A stretch of DNA of 60,852 nt from a virus (IMGVR_UViG_3300035156_000177:1-60852), one strand, 5' to 3'. Positions 9,341 through 19,090 are shown, counted from the stretch's first letter. The notes: generated from the sequence alone by a model not told the origin. Numbers and translations: made by a program.

Positions 9341-9555
9341 TCCAGTTCGCAGCAGGAGTTCTTGTCGGCGCGGCGGGTGTCGCCCTTGCGCATCTCGGCC
9401 GGTCAAGGTACGTTAGTAAACGTCAGAAGTGGTCAGAGTCCGAGAGGCCGACCCCGGTGCCCGCAAGGTTCCGGGTCGAGACTCAAGGGCAGCCGGCAGG
9501 CCAGGCCACCGTCAGAACAGCGCACATCCGTTCCCTCCCCAGGAAGCAACCATGA
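9337..9555 (+). CDS. small membrane-anchored protein
   Basis: GTGA overlap; N-terminal hydrophobic segment. Confidence 0.5.
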   Translation: MIQFAAGVLVGAAGVALAHLGRSRYVSKRQKWSESERPTPVPARFRVETQGQPAGQATVRTAHIRSLPRKQP

Positions 9556-10004
9556 CCGCTAACTCGTTCATCCCCACCGGTCTCCGCGAGATCGACCAGC
9601 TGCAGGACAGGCTCTCCGCAGACATCCGCAACCTCGGCGAGCGGGTGGCCAGCATCAGCGTCCACGTCGGCCGGGACCTCACCGAGCAGCAGAAGCAGAT
9701 CGACGCCCAGCAGACTCACATCACCGAGATCCGCGAGGCCGTCGACACCGCGCTCGCCCTGCTCTCCGAGCAGATCAAGGCGGCGCTGGCCGAGGCACTG
9801 TCGTCGGACCTGGGCAACCGGATCGCCCGCCTCGAGCAGATCATCGAGCCGCTCCGGATCACCGCCGAGGACGTCGCCAACGGCGTCGAGCTGCGCTACC
9901 GGGGCACCGACGGCCGCTGGATCCCCCTGCAGGCCGCCGACGTCGCCGACTTCGTGATGGCCGGCAAGAAGGTCATCAAACTCGTCCCCCAGGTCGTCCA
10001 GTGA
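9552..10004 (+). CDS. coiled-coil hypothetical protein
   Basis: ATGA overlap; heptad-like pattern. Confidence 0.7.
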   Translation: MTANSFIPTGLREIDQLQDRLSADIRNLGERVASISVHVGRDLTEQQKQIDAQQTHITEIREAVDTALALLSEQIKAALAEALSSDLGNRIARLEQIIEPLRITAEDVANGVELRYRGTDGRWIPLQAADVADFVMAGKKVIKLVPQVVQ

Positions 10005-10303
10005 AGCGCGCGATCGACTACGCCCATCTGGTCGGGAAGTACGTTCGAATGGAGAGGCCGCCTGTCGAGGTCGAATGGCTCGAAGAGAGGTCCAGCCGCG
10101 GCGGTGACGTACCTGCGGACTGGACCGTCGGTGCTGAGGGCACTGTCTCGGCGGTCTGGGACAGCAACACCCGGGTCGGTGGCCCTGCCGTCGAGGTGAT
10201 GATGGACTACGGGATGGGCTTCGCCATTTTCCCCGAGGACCAGGACGATTGGACCTTCCGCATCGCCGACACCCGCGAGACCATGAAGGCGACGGGCCGA
10301 TGA
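10001..10303 (+). CDS. hypothetical protein
   Basis: coupled on both sides. Confidence 0.6.
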   Translation: MKRAIDYAHLVGKYVRMERPPVEVEWLEERSSRGGDVPADWTVGAEGTVSAVWDSNTRVGGPAVEVMMDYGMGFAIFPEDQDDWTFRIADTRETMKATGR

Positions 10304-11652
10304 TCGACAAGACGGGACGCATCCGCCGGGGGCCGGGGGAGCCCGAGTTCTTCATGCTCAAGGACAAGACCATCCCCAACAAGAGCATCCTGAGGGCCGC
10401 CTGGATCAAGCAGAAGACGGGCTACGACGTCGACCCTCGGACGGTCTACCTGACCGAGGCGACCCGCGGGCTCTACTACCGCACCCGGCCCCCGGAGTAC
10501 CGCAAGCTCGACGTCGCCTCCCGTGAGTACCTGATCCCCGAGGTGATGGAGCTCCGGACGTCGGAGCGCAACACGTTCTCCACCTGCCACTACCAGTGGT
10601 GGTGGCGCTACGTCGAGTGGCTCACCCCGCGCCGCCCGGCGACCGCCCTGTGGTTCGGCTCCGCCGTGCACGTCGCCCTCGCCGGGTACTACCTCCAGGG
10701 GCTGCAGCGGGGCGCCCACCCCGCCGAGACCTTCACCAAGGTCCTCGACGGCGACCGGAAGACCTGGAACAACGAGGTCACCGAGGAGGACGAGGCCAAG
10801 TGGGTCGACGCCCGGGCGCTGGGGATCGACATGCTGAACAACTACATCGCCACCTACGGGACCGACCCCCAGTACTACGTCCTGGCCACCGAGCAGACCT
10901 TCGCCCTGCAGTTCAAGCGCAACGGCCGCCCCTACCTGCGCTACCTGCTGACCATCGACGGGCTGATCCGGGACATGGACAACGGCCAGATCCGGATCCT
11001 GGAGCACAAGACGGCCCGGGACTGGGGCATCCTCAAGCGCCTCCGGCTCGACAACCAGGCCGGATCGTACTTCGCCGCGGCCCCGCACGTCATGCCGCTG
11101 CACGACCTGCTCAAGCCCGGCGAGAAGATCTCGGGGATCGACTACAACATCCTCCGCAAGGCGATGAAGGACACCCGCCCCGAGAACGCCGCTGGCGCCA
11201 AGACCAACAAGCCGACCAAGGCCCACTACGTCCAAGCCATCATGACCGCCACCACCGAGGAGCAGTACCCGGCCGGCACGCTGCAGAAGATGAAGCTTGA
11301 GGACCTCGAGGGTGTGGCCCTGTTCCACAACATCACCGTCCTCGGCGACGTCAGCAAGCAGCAGCCCGACAAGTACTTCCACCGCGAGCCGGTGTTCCGC
11401 AGCCCCGAGGAGCAGGAGGGGCAGCTCAAGCGGATCCAGGACGAGGCGAAGTACATGGAGGGGATGCGCTACGGCAACCCCGACTACCCCATCCTCAAGA
11501 CCCCGGGCGACCACTGCGCGTGGTGCCCGTTCAAGGTCATGTGCGAGCTGCACGAGAGCGGCGACGACGACGCCGTCGAGGGCTTCAAGACCGCCATGAT
11601 GACCACCGAGGACCCTTATCTTGCGTATCACTCCCATGGCAAGGTGGCATGA
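10300..11652 (+). CDS. PD-(D/E)xK (RecB/Cas4-like) exonuclease
   Basis: RTSER..F..C, FGSAVH, TIDGL...LEHKT, QAGSY and C-terminal CAWCPF...C. Confidence 0.85.
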   Translation: MIDKTGRIRRGPGEPEFFMLKDKTIPNKSILRAAWIKQKTGYDVDPRTVYLTEATRGLYYRTRPPEYRKLDVASREYLIPEVMELRTSERNTFSTCHYQWWWRYVEWLTPRRPATALWFGSAVHVALAGYYLQGLQRGAHPAETFTKVLDGDRKTWNNEVTEEDEAKWVDARALGIDMLNNYIATYGTDPQYYVLATEQTFALQFKRNGRPYLRYLLTIDGLIRDMDNGQIRILEHKTARDWGILKRLRLDNQAGSYFAAAPHVMPLHDLLKPGEKISGIDYNILRKAMKDTRPENAAGAKTNKPTKAHYVQAIMTATTEEQYPAGTLQKMKLEDLEGVALFHNITVLGDVSKQQPDKYFHREPVFRSPEEQEGQLKRIQDEAKYMEGMRYGNPDYPILKTPGDHCAWCPFKVMCELHESGDDDAVEGFKTAMMTTEDPYLAYHSHGKVA

Positions 11653-11996
11653 TGCCGAAGGGCTACCCGCTGGTCCCACGAGACCCTGCCGCGACCATGC
11701 ATCCATATCGAAATGCTCATCGGCGAGTCAAGAAATCTCGCGGTCGGGCCAGCGAGCTGCTGTGCTGGGGATGCAGGAAGCCCGCTGTCGACTGGTCGCA
11801 CATCCACGGCACCGATCCCCACGACCCCGAGAACTACCAGCCGCTGTGCCGGAAATGCCATTACGACTACGACACCACACCGGAACGCATCGAAGCGATC
11901 CGCGAAGTCGGCAAGAAAAACGCTGGCCGCAAGCGGCCGGACAACATCGAACGCAACCAGCGTCGAGCGAAGATCTACCACGGAAAGGCCGCCTGA
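11649..11996 (+). CDS. HNH-type (homing) endonuclease-like protein
   Basis: H.RV...RG.A...CWGC...DWSH...NYQPLCRKCH; lower GC3 than neighbours. Confidence 0.75.
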   Translation: MMPKGYPLVPRDPAATMHPYRNAHRRVKKSRGRASELLCWGCRKPAVDWSHIHGTDPHDPENYQPLCRKCHYDYDTTPERIEAIREVGKKNAGRKRPDNIERNQRRAKIYHGKAA

Positions 11997-12130
11997 TGGG
12001 GCAGATTGGGACTTTCTCCTACCCCGAAGAGACGGTGTGGGGGTGGATCGCCCGCATGGTCGGGGTGTCGCTGGCCATGGGTCTGATCATCGGGCTCCTG
12101 GCCTGGATCACCGCCGTCATCCTGCTATAA
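11996..12130 (+). CDS. small membrane protein
   Basis: TGATG coupling; single hydrophobic helix. Confidence 0.5.
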   Translation: MGQIGTFSYPEETVWGWIARMVGVSLAMGLIIGLLAWITAVILL

Positions 12131-12184
12131 CTGTCGGACCTCCCCGCAAGACTGAACGTTCCACCTACCCCAGAGAGGCCAGAG

Positions 12185-12964
12185 ATGCCTGTTCCCGAGA
12201 TCCACGACCTGAGGATGCCGAAGCGGCTCCGCATGATGGTCGCCGCGCACAGCGGCTTCGGCAAGACCGTGTTCTGCGGCACCGCCCCCAACGCCCTGTT
12301 CCTCACCACCGACCCCGAGGGGACCGCCTCGGCGGCCGCGTTCGGGTCGACGGCGAGGGAGATGGAGATCCACAACCAGGACGAGCTCAACGACGCCTAC
12401 GTCTACCTCGAGCAGGGCGGCATCGCCGAGCTCGGCCTGGACTTCGTCATCGTCGACAACCTCACCGAGGTCCAGGCGATGTTCATGGGCGCCGCCATGG
12501 AGGCCGCGGTGCGCCAGGGTGAGAAGAAGGGCTCCCCGCGCAACCCCTTCGTCCCCGACAAGTACGAGTACCAGGTCGAGCAGAACGCCACCGTCGACTT
12601 CGTCAAGCGGATGAACAGCCTGCCGGTGCACGTCATCTTCACCGCCCACCTCAAGGGCATGGAGGACGGCGACGCCAACGAGTTCTTCTCGGTGGCCATC
12701 CGCGGCAAGCAGGGCGAGATCGCCCAGCAGTGCCTCGGCTACATGAACGTCATCGGCATGGGCGCCGTGGTCGACACCCCCAAGGGTGCGGCCCGGCGGA
12801 TGTACTTCGACCACGTCGGCAAGTACCGGGGCAAGGACCGCTTCGTCAAGCTGGGCCGGGCCAAGGACAACCTGACCGTCCCCGACATGATGTCCCTGCT
12901 CTGGCCCAACGGGGCGACCCCGGCCAAGGCCGGCCCCAAGCGGATCGTCCGCAAAGCCTCCTGA
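12185..12964 (+). CDS. AAA/RecA-like (Sak4-like) ATPase, putative recombinase
   Basis: Walker A HSGFGKT, Walker B VIVDNLTE, IFTAH, KDR; lies between exonuclease and SSB-like gene. Confidence 0.8.
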   Translation: MPVPEIHDLRMPKRLRMMVAAHSGFGKTVFCGTAPNALFLTTDPEGTASAAAFGSTAREMEIHNQDELNDAYVYLEQGGIAELGLDFVIVDNLTEVQAMFMGAAMEAAVRQGEKKGSPRNPFVPDKYEYQVEQNATVDFVKRMNSLPVHVIFTAHLKGMEDGDANEFFSVAIRGKQGEIAQQCLGYMNVIGMGAVVDTPKGAARRMYFDHVGKYRGKDRFVKLGRAKDNLTVPDMMSLLWPNGATPAKAGPKRIVRKAS

Positions 12965-13031
12965 GTCAACGAGGGGCGCGGCTCGGACAACGCGCACCCA
13001 ACCAACCGGGCACCCAACCCAGAGGAGCAAC

Positions 13032-13961
13032 ATGCCCAAGATCACCCGCAAGACATCCGGCGCTCGCAAGATCGGCGTCTACGCCGGCGACCCGCCGACC
13101 CCCGGCGTCTACCACGGCGTCATCACGTCGGTGTCTTTCATCACCTACGACAGCGGCACCCAGGCCATCAACGTCGGGGTCAAGCTCGAGGCGCCGGACC
13201 CCGACAGCCCGAAGGCCCAGTACGACGGCTACCCGTCCTGGACCAAGCTGTTCCTTGGCGACGAGGACTTCAAGGTCGAGCGCGAGAACGCCTTCTACCG
13301 GGCGGTGGCCGGCAAGGAGGACGTCGACATCATCGTCGGCGAGACCAACGACAAGGGGGCGGCCCAGATCGAGAAGATCGGCAACAAGAAGCCGGTGGGC
13401 ACCCCGGTGCTCGTCGACCTGATCCTCGGCAACGAGTACCAGGGAGAACGCCGAATCGAGGGCCGGGCGGTCTACCCGGTCACCGAGCGCAAAGCCGCCC
13501 CGGCAGCGCCCAAGGGTGACGGCCTGGCCGAGGACGACCTGATCGCCGGTCAGATCTCCGACACCGCGGCCGCCGAGTTCAGCGGGGCAGCAGCGGCTGA
13601 TGAGCCGGAGGTCGACGACAAGGTCGAGGTGCAGGCGGAGGCCCCGGCCAAGGACGACGACCTCGACCATCACGCGATGTCGGCGCCCGCGCTGCGCAAG
13701 TACGCGGCCAGCAAGGGGATCGAGGTCAAGGGCAAGGTCAAGGCCGACCTGCTCGCCGCGCTGGACGCCCTGCAGGGCGGCGGGGAAGCGGTGGGGGAGC
13801 CCCGGACCGCTGAGGACCTGGAGAAGATGACGGTCGACGAGATCAAGGCCTGGGCCAAGCCCCAGACTGAGAACCCCGAGGACCTTGACGACTACGAGGA
13901 CGACGACAAGGACGGGCTGATCGAGATGCTCGTCGAGCTGGAGTTCGTTACCGCCTTCTGA
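13032..13961 (+). CDS. putative ssDNA-binding protein with acidic C-terminal small helical domains
   Basis: P.PGVY N-terminal pattern; acidic linker; LRKYA...GI.....KADLL.AL repeats; synteny. Confidence 0.6.
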   Translation: MPKITRKTSGARKIGVYAGDPPTPGVYHGVITSVSFITYDSGTQAINVGVKLEAPDPDSPKAQYDGYPSWTKLFLGDEDFKVERENAFYRAVAGKEDVDIIVGETNDKGAAQIEKIGNKKPVGTPVLVDLILGNEYQGERRIEGRAVYPVTERKAAPAAPKGDGLAEDDLIAGQISDTAAAEFSGAAAADEPEVDDKVEVQAEAPAKDDDLDHHAMSAPALRKYAASKGIEVKGKVKADLLAALDALQGGGEAVGEPRTAEDLEKMTVDEIKAWAKPQTENPEDLDDYEDDDKDGLIEMLVELEFVTAF

Positions 13962-13967
13962 GACCGG

Positions 13968-14004
13968 GACCGCCGTCGATTTCCCCACTTCCCCGGCGGC
14001 GGTC
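13968..14004 (+). terminator. stem-loop after the SSB-like gene (terminator or processing site)
   Basis: GACCGCCGTCG pairs with CGGCGGCGGTC (11 bp, one G-U). Confidence 0.5.
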
Positions 14005-14008
14005 TCTA

Positions 14009-14085
14009 GGGCCGGGTGGACGCACCCACATGGATAAAGGGCGCCGAAGGCGCACCGAGGAGGTTCGAGCCCTCCAGGCCCACGC
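14009..14085 (+). ncRNA. tRNA-like structured RNA candidate without a canonical anticodon arm
   Basis: GGGCC/GGCCC closing stem, D-loop-like ATGGATAAA, GCGCC-GAA-GGCGC hairpin, perfect T-arm GGAGG-TTCGAGC-CCTCC. Confidence 0.55.
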
Positions 14086-14113
14086 ATGTACCCACCCACC
14101 CCAGGAAGAGACC

Positions 14114-14293
14114 ATGCCCCCACCGAAGAGATACGGATACGCTGAGGCCGCGACCTACCTCGGCATCAGCGAGCGCACCCTGCGCCGGATCAAGAACGCC
14201 GGCGGCGGCATCCGCTACTACAAGGTCGGGCGCCGGATCGAGTTCACCCAGGCCCAGCTCGACGAGTGGCTCAAAAACCAGGAGAACGCATGA
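14114..14293 (+). CDS. excisionase-family HTH DNA-binding protein
   Basis: EAATYLGIS.RTLRR...IRYYKVGRRI.F....LDEWL. Confidence 0.85.
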   Translation: MPPPKRYGYAEAATYLGISERTLRRIKNAGGGIRYYKVGRRIEFTQAQLDEWLKNQENA

Positions 14294-15081
14294 TCGCCCT
14301 AGTCCTCGGCGGCGACGTCGCCGCCATGGTCGCCACCTACGCCATCACCATCAGCGACCACAACGGGGGGTGTCGGGCGATCGTCCCGTCATTCGACGGG
14401 ACCGTGTCCCTGATGTGCCCGGTCACCAACGACCTCGTCCCCGCCGGCATCCCCGCCCTGGGCAAGGCCGCTGAGCCCCGCAAGGTCTACCTGCAGCCGT
14501 CCGGCCAGGCCGAGGACTGGGCCGACAAGGTGGGCCGCCCCGACCGGATCGCCGAGCACTTCCCCCACAACGGGGCCACCGAGTTCTTCGCCCATCTGTC
14601 GCGGGACCTGTTCAACAGCCTGGCCCCCGGATTCGCCTCGTTCATCGGGCCTTGGCAGATGGACAGGCAGGCGCTCGGCGACATCGTCAACGCCATGCAC
14701 CCCGACGTCATCATCAACACCCTCCCCCGGCAGCTGCTGTGCGAAAAGCCCGACGACCACGGCTTCCCCCGTCAGCAGGTGTGGGTGTCGCATCTGGTCG
14801 GTCCCCAGATCACCGACAACCAGGTCCTGGTCAACGCCGAGGACGCACCGGCCTGGTACACCGCGTCGAAGTTCGACGGGCACCTGGTCACCAAGTGGCT
14901 CGGCCAGAAGCCACCGTTCAACTCCATCCAGGAGGACAGCGTTCCGATCTCGACCAACTGCGACTGTGCCCCGTTCGGGATGGTCCACGTCGGCGCCGAG
15001 GCCCGCTGCAACCCCGTCCTCACCCTGGCCGACGTCTACTCCGACACCGTCGGCGCCGTAATGGCCGGGGCGAGCGTCTGA
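14290..15081 (+). CDS. putative oxidoreductase-fold protein (degenerate Rossmann motif)
   Basis: N-terminal ALVLGG..AAM; IINTLP; resemblance only. Confidence 0.45.
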   Translation: MIALVLGGDVAAMVATYAITISDHNGGCRAIVPSFDGTVSLMCPVTNDLVPAGIPALGKAAEPRKVYLQPSGQAEDWADKVGRPDRIAEHFPHNGATEFFAHLSRDLFNSLAPGFASFIGPWQMDRQALGDIVNAMHPDVIINTLPRQLLCEKPDDHGFPRQQVWVSHLVGPQITDNQVLVNAEDAPAWYTASKFDGHLVTKWLGQKPPFNSIQEDSVPISTNCDCAPFGMVHVGAEARCNPVLTLADVYSDTVGAVMAGASV

Positions 15082-15290
15082 TGCAGATCATCGGCACGGT
15101 TCCGATTGAGAACACCCACGACAGCGAACGAAACCGCTCGATCGCCTGCGCGGAGGAGACAATCCGCATCGTCGGCGACCTGATCGACACCCCGGGCTGG
15201 CAGGATGCCGGGCTGACGATCGCCGGGACCATCCGCCGGGTCGGGGACCGCTTCGAGATCGAGTTCGCCTCGAAGGTCGGTCTGCCATGA
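15081..15290 (+). CDS. hypothetical protein
   Basis: TGATG and ATGA coupling. Confidence 0.55.
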   Translation: MQIIGTVPIENTHDSERNRSIACAEETIRIVGDLIDTPGWQDAGLTIAGTIRRVGDRFEIEFASKVGLP

Positions 15291-15589
15291 CCATCCGCGA
15301 CGTCACCCTGCACTTCGACGACGCCGGCGTGATCGAGCCGTTCGGGGTCGAGGTGATCCAAGCGGCCTGCGACAACTTCGAGACCCTCTTCAACATGGGC
15401 CTGATCCAGTTCTCCCTCGACCAGAACGTCGACCACGATGACCTCTTCGGCGACGAGCGCGTGGTCAAACGGATAGTGGTCCGCGACGTCTGGACCGTCG
15501 ACGCGCGGCCCCGCAGCCCCAACGAGAACGGGCCCCAGGTCGCCATCTGCCCCGACGGGATGGAGCCCATCATCATCCCGCAGCGCTAG
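15287..15589 (+). CDS. hypothetical protein
   Basis: ATGA coupling; codon bias. Confidence 0.65.
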   Translation: MTIRDVTLHFDDAGVIEPFGVEVIQAACDNFETLFNMGLIQFSLDQNVDHDDLFGDERVVKRIVVRDVWTVDARPRSPNENGPQVAICPDGMEPIIIPQR

Positions 15590-15620
15590 AGTCCCTCCAT
15601 CTACCGAAGGGTCCCTCCCC

Positions 15621-18600
15621 ATGGACATGAAGTTCGTCAGCCTCCACAACCACACGACCCTCTCCTACGGGGACGGGTTCGGCCTGCCCGCCGCGCACGC
15701 CGCCCGGGTCGCCGACCTCGGGATGACCGCCTGGGCCACCACCGAGCACGGCAACATGACCTCGGTGGTCAAGGCCGCCCAGGCGTCAGCCGGGTTGGGG
15801 CTCAAGTACATCCCCGGCCTCGAGGCCTACACCGGCCCGGCGAACATGAAGGAGATCAAGTTCCAGCGGAAGTGGCACCAGACCATGCTGGCCAGCACCC
15901 AGGTCGGCTACCAGAACCTGATGCAGCTGGTCGGGCGGTCCTGGTCGGAGGAGGGCTTCTACCGCTGGCCCACGGTCACGACCCCGATGCTGCGCGACCA
16001 CCACGAGGGGCTCATCGTCACCTCGGGCTGCGCTGACTCCCTGCTCGCCTGCCAGCTGCTCGGAGGGAAGGGCCTCAAGCCCGACATCGCGGCCGCCGAG
16101 CGGACGCTCAAGGGGTTCCTGCGGCTGTTCGGGGACCGCTACTACCTGGAGACCCAGCGGTTCCCCCAGCTGGACCGCACGCACGCGATCAACGCCCAGT
16201 ACGAGGAGTGGTCCCGCCGGTTCAAGGTGCCCCTGGTGGCCACTGCCGACGTCCACTACCCGATGCCCGAGGACAACGCGATGCAGCGGATCCTGCACGC
16301 CGCGAGCCGCAACACGGGCACGGTGGAGGCGGCCGACGCGTCGTGGGAGTACAACATCCTGCTGACCTACCCCCAGTCCGACTTCGAGGTCTACGAGCAC
16401 CTGATGGGCACCGGGCTGTCCCGGTCGGCCACCGAGCAGGCGATCGCCTCCACCGGGGAGATCGCCGACCGCTGCAACGTGGTGCTGCCGGTCATGGACC
16501 GCCTGGTCTACCCGTTCGCCGAGGACGGTGCGTCCTCGGAGCTCGAGCTGCTCAAGCGGTGGCTCAACGAGGGCCTCAAGCACCGCCAGATCCCCCGCTC
16601 CCGGCTCACCGAGGTCCGCCGGCGGGTGATGTGGGAGGTCGAGCAGATCGAGGCCAAGGGCTTCGTGTCGTACTTCCTGATGATCGCCGACATCGTCCGC
16701 TGGGCCAAGGACCGCGGGATCGCCGTCGGGCCCGGCCGCGGGTCCGGTGCCGCGTCCATGGTGCTGTACCTGCTGCGCGTGTCCGAGGTCAACAGCATGG
16801 ACTTCCCCCTGATGCTGTTCGAGCGGTTCATCGCCCCCGACCGCGACGACCTGCCCGACGTCGACATCGACTTCGAGGTCGAGCGCCGCGACGAGGTGCG
16901 CCAGTACGCGATCAGCAAGTACGGCGAGGAGATGGTCGGAAACGTCGGCACCCTGACCTACTACCGCGGCAAGAACGCCGTGGCCGACGTCGCTCGGGTC
17001 TACGAGGTGCCGTTCACCATCGCCCAGCAGGTCAAGGACATGATCGTCGACAGCGACGACGGCGACCAGGTGGCCAAGACCCGCGAGCTGTTCCCCACGG
17101 TGGAGGCCATCTTCAAGCGCTACCCCGACCTCGCCCACGCCGAGCGGCTGGAGGGCCAGATCAAGGGCTTCGGGGTGCACGCCGCCGGGCTGGTGATCGG
17201 GTCCAAGCCGCTGAGCAACTACACGACCACCTACGAGAAGCACAACGTCGGCAAGAGCAAGAAGACGGTGCAGGTGCTGAGCGTCGACAAGTACGACGCC
17301 GAGCCGCTGGGTCTGCTCAAGCTGGACGCGCTGGGGCTCAAGACCATGAGCATCATCTCGACCGCCGCGCAGATGGTCGGGCTGACCATGGAGGAGGTCT
17401 ACCGGCTACCGCTGAACGACCCGGCGGTCCTGCAGGGGTTCCGCGACGGCCACGTCGGCGGCGTATTCCAGTTCGAGGGGGCCACCACACGCGACATCTG
17501 CGTCGAGGTCGCACCACGTCTGTTCATGGATCTCGCCCACGTTACTTCCCTGAGTCGCCCGGGCCCGCTCCACGGCGGCAGCACGGCGGACTTCATCCGG
17601 AGCCGCAACGGTGAGAGCGTCCGCGATCGCTACCCGGAGGTGGTCGAGAGCGTACTTGAGGCGACGGAGGGGGAGGTCGTCTATCAGGAGCAGGTCATCA
17701 TGCTCGCCAAGGCCGTAGGCCAGTTCGACGCGGAATCGGCCTCCAAGATCCGGGCCATCATCAGCAAGAAGAAGGGTCAGGCTGCCTTCGCACAGTTCTA
17801 CGACCAGTTCGTTGACGGTGCGGCACAGCAGGGGGTCGGAGCAGAGGTGGCCGCTGCCATCTGGAAGAAGATGGTCACCTCGGGTGCCTACTCGTTCAAC
17901 GCTGCTCACGCGGTCTCCTACTCGGTGCTGTCGGTGTGGTGCATGTGGTTCCGGGTGCATCACCCGCTGGCCTACTTCTACGCCCGGCTGATGGCCAATG
18001 TCGACGCCGCGAAGGACGCCAAGACCAAGATCCACCCCACGGAGACGATCTTGAAGGACATGGCGGCCTCGACCGACATCAAGGTACTCCCGCTGGACCC
18101 CGAGCGCTCTCAGACGGACTGGACGGTCGAGGACGGCGCGCTGCGCCCCGGCTTCCGCCAGGTCCCCGGTGTCGGTGTCACCCAGGGCGACAACATCGTC
18201 AAGTGGCGGGCCGAGCACGGGGCTCCGGACTGGGTGCAGACCCTGATCGAGGAGACCATGCCCGAGGGTGTCACCGCGGCTCCGCTGGAGAGCCCGTGGC
18301 AGCGGCTGCTGGCCGTCAGCATGGTCGGGCAGGGGACGGTCGACAAGCTGAGGGCGTTTGCCGAGCACCCCGATCCGTTCGGGGTCGGCAAGATCGGGCG
18401 CAACGTCAAGTCGATCGTCGACTGGATCCCGACGTCGGGGGAGGACTGCCCGACCCCGGACAAGCTCTCCTCAGACATCCCCTACTCGGCCGGCCGCTGG
18501 GACGGGGTGCTGCTCGGGGTGGTCCAGGAGATCCAGTTCCGCGACTTGTTCGAGTCGCACAAGAACCGCACCGGCGAGGACCTGGACCCGGCCAAGGTGT

Positions 18601-18824
18601 CCGACCCGCACCTGAGGAAGTCGGCGACGATCTACCTCGAGGACACTCGGGGCCGGTTCAAGGTGAACGTGGGCCGCAAGACGTTTCCCCGCTACCGTGA
18701 GGACCTGCAGCGGATCAGGGTCCAGCACGACTACCTGCTCGTGCAGGTCGGGAAGTCGACCAACTTCCCCGGCAAGACCCTGTTCGCCAACAACCTCTGG
18801 CCGATCACGCCGGACGAGGACTGA
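15621..18824 (+). CDS. dnaE: DNA polymerase III alpha subunit (DnaE-like)
   Basis: PHP motifs LHNHT..S..DG, TEHG, DVHY; GPGRGS; PDVDIDF; GVHAAG; KLDALGL; YSFN.AH. Confidence 0.96.
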   Translation: MDMKFVSLHNHTTLSYGDGFGLPAAHAARVADLGMTAWATTEHGNMTSVVKAAQASAGLGLKYIPGLEAYTGPANMKEIKFQRKWHQTMLASTQVGYQNLMQLVGRSWSEEGFYRWPTVTTPMLRDHHEGLIVTSGCADSLLACQLLGGKGLKPDIAAAERTLKGFLRLFGDRYYLETQRFPQLDRTHAINAQYEEWSRRFKVPLVATADVHYPMPEDNAMQRILHAASRNTGTVEAADASWEYNILLTYPQSDFEVYEHLMGTGLSRSATEQAIASTGEIADRCNVVLPVMDRLVYPFAEDGASSELELLKRWLNEGLKHRQIPRSRLTEVRRRVMWEVEQIEAKGFVSYFLMIADIVRWAKDRGIAVGPGRGSGAASMVLYLLRVSEVNSMDFPLMLFERFIAPDRDDLPDVDIDFEVERRDEVRQYAISKYGEEMVGNVGTLTYYRGKNAVADVARVYEVPFTIAQQVKDMIVDSDDGDQVAKTRELFPTVEAIFKRYPDLAHAERLEGQIKGFGVHAAGLVIGSKPLSNYTTTYEKHNVGKSKKTVQVLSVDKYDAEPLGLLKLDALGLKTMSIISTAAQMVGLTMEEVYRLPLNDPAVLQGFRDGHVGGVFQFEGATTRDICVEVAPRLFMDLAHVTSLSRPGPLHGGSTADFIRSRNGESVRDRYPEVVESVLEATEGEVVYQEQVIMLAKAVGQFDAESASKIRAIISKKKGQAAFAQFYDQFVDGAAQQGVGAEVAAAIWKKMVTSGAYSFNAAHAVSYSVLSVWCMWFRVHHPLAYFYARLMANVDAAKDAKTKIHPTETILKDMAASTDIKVLPLDPERSQTDWTVEDGALRPGFRQVPGVGVTQGDNIVKWRAEHGAPDWVQTLIEETMPEGVTAAPLESPWQRLLAVSMVGQGTVDKLRAFAEHPDPFGVGKIGRNVKSIVDWIPTSGEDCPTPDKLSSDIPYSAGRWDGVLLGVVQEIQFRDLFESHKNRTGEDLDPAKVSDPHLRKSATIYLEDTRGRFKVNVGRKTFPRYREDLQRIRVQHDYLLVQVGKSTNFPGKTLFANNLWPITPDED

Positions 18825-18826
18825 CA

Positions 18827-19090
18827 ATGAAGATCAAGACGAAAGAGGACTGGGCTCGGTTCGTGGCCCAGAAGCACCCCGACCGGGTCGTCGAGACCCT
18901 GTGGACCCTGCAGGGGCTGTTGCTGGGGGACGAGCAGAACCTGCACGGCGAATTCGGCAGCAGCTACGACATCGACGACTTCGACATCGACGAGGAGCTG
19001 GCCAAGGACGTCGATGAATCGGTGGCCAGCATCAAGAAGATGCTGGTCGATCATCACGCCTACCTGGCACAACTAGAGAAAGAGGACTGA
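18827..19090 (+). CDS. acidic hypothetical protein
   Basis: GAGGA RBS; ORF. Confidence 0.65.
   Translation: MKIKTKEDWARFVAQKHPDRVVETLWTLQGLLLGDEQNLHGEFGSSYDIDDFDIDEELAKDVDESVASIKKMLVDHHAYLAQLEKED

Noticed and set aside
10300-11652. Cas4-like gene as a sign of CRISPR-Cas
   Set aside because: No array or other cas genes; it sits in a standard exonuclease-ATPase-SSB recombination module.
14009-14085. Canonical tRNA gene
   Set aside because: No 5 bp/7 nt anticodon arm and a short acceptor stem; kept only as a tRNA-like candidate.
14114-14293. Integration module implied by the excisionase-like HTH
   Set aside because: No tyrosine or serine integrase or att site recognised in the window; such HTH genes are common alone.
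15621-18824. Intein or intron in DnaE
   Set aside because: Length is ordinary and I saw no splice-junction or LAGLIDADG motifs.
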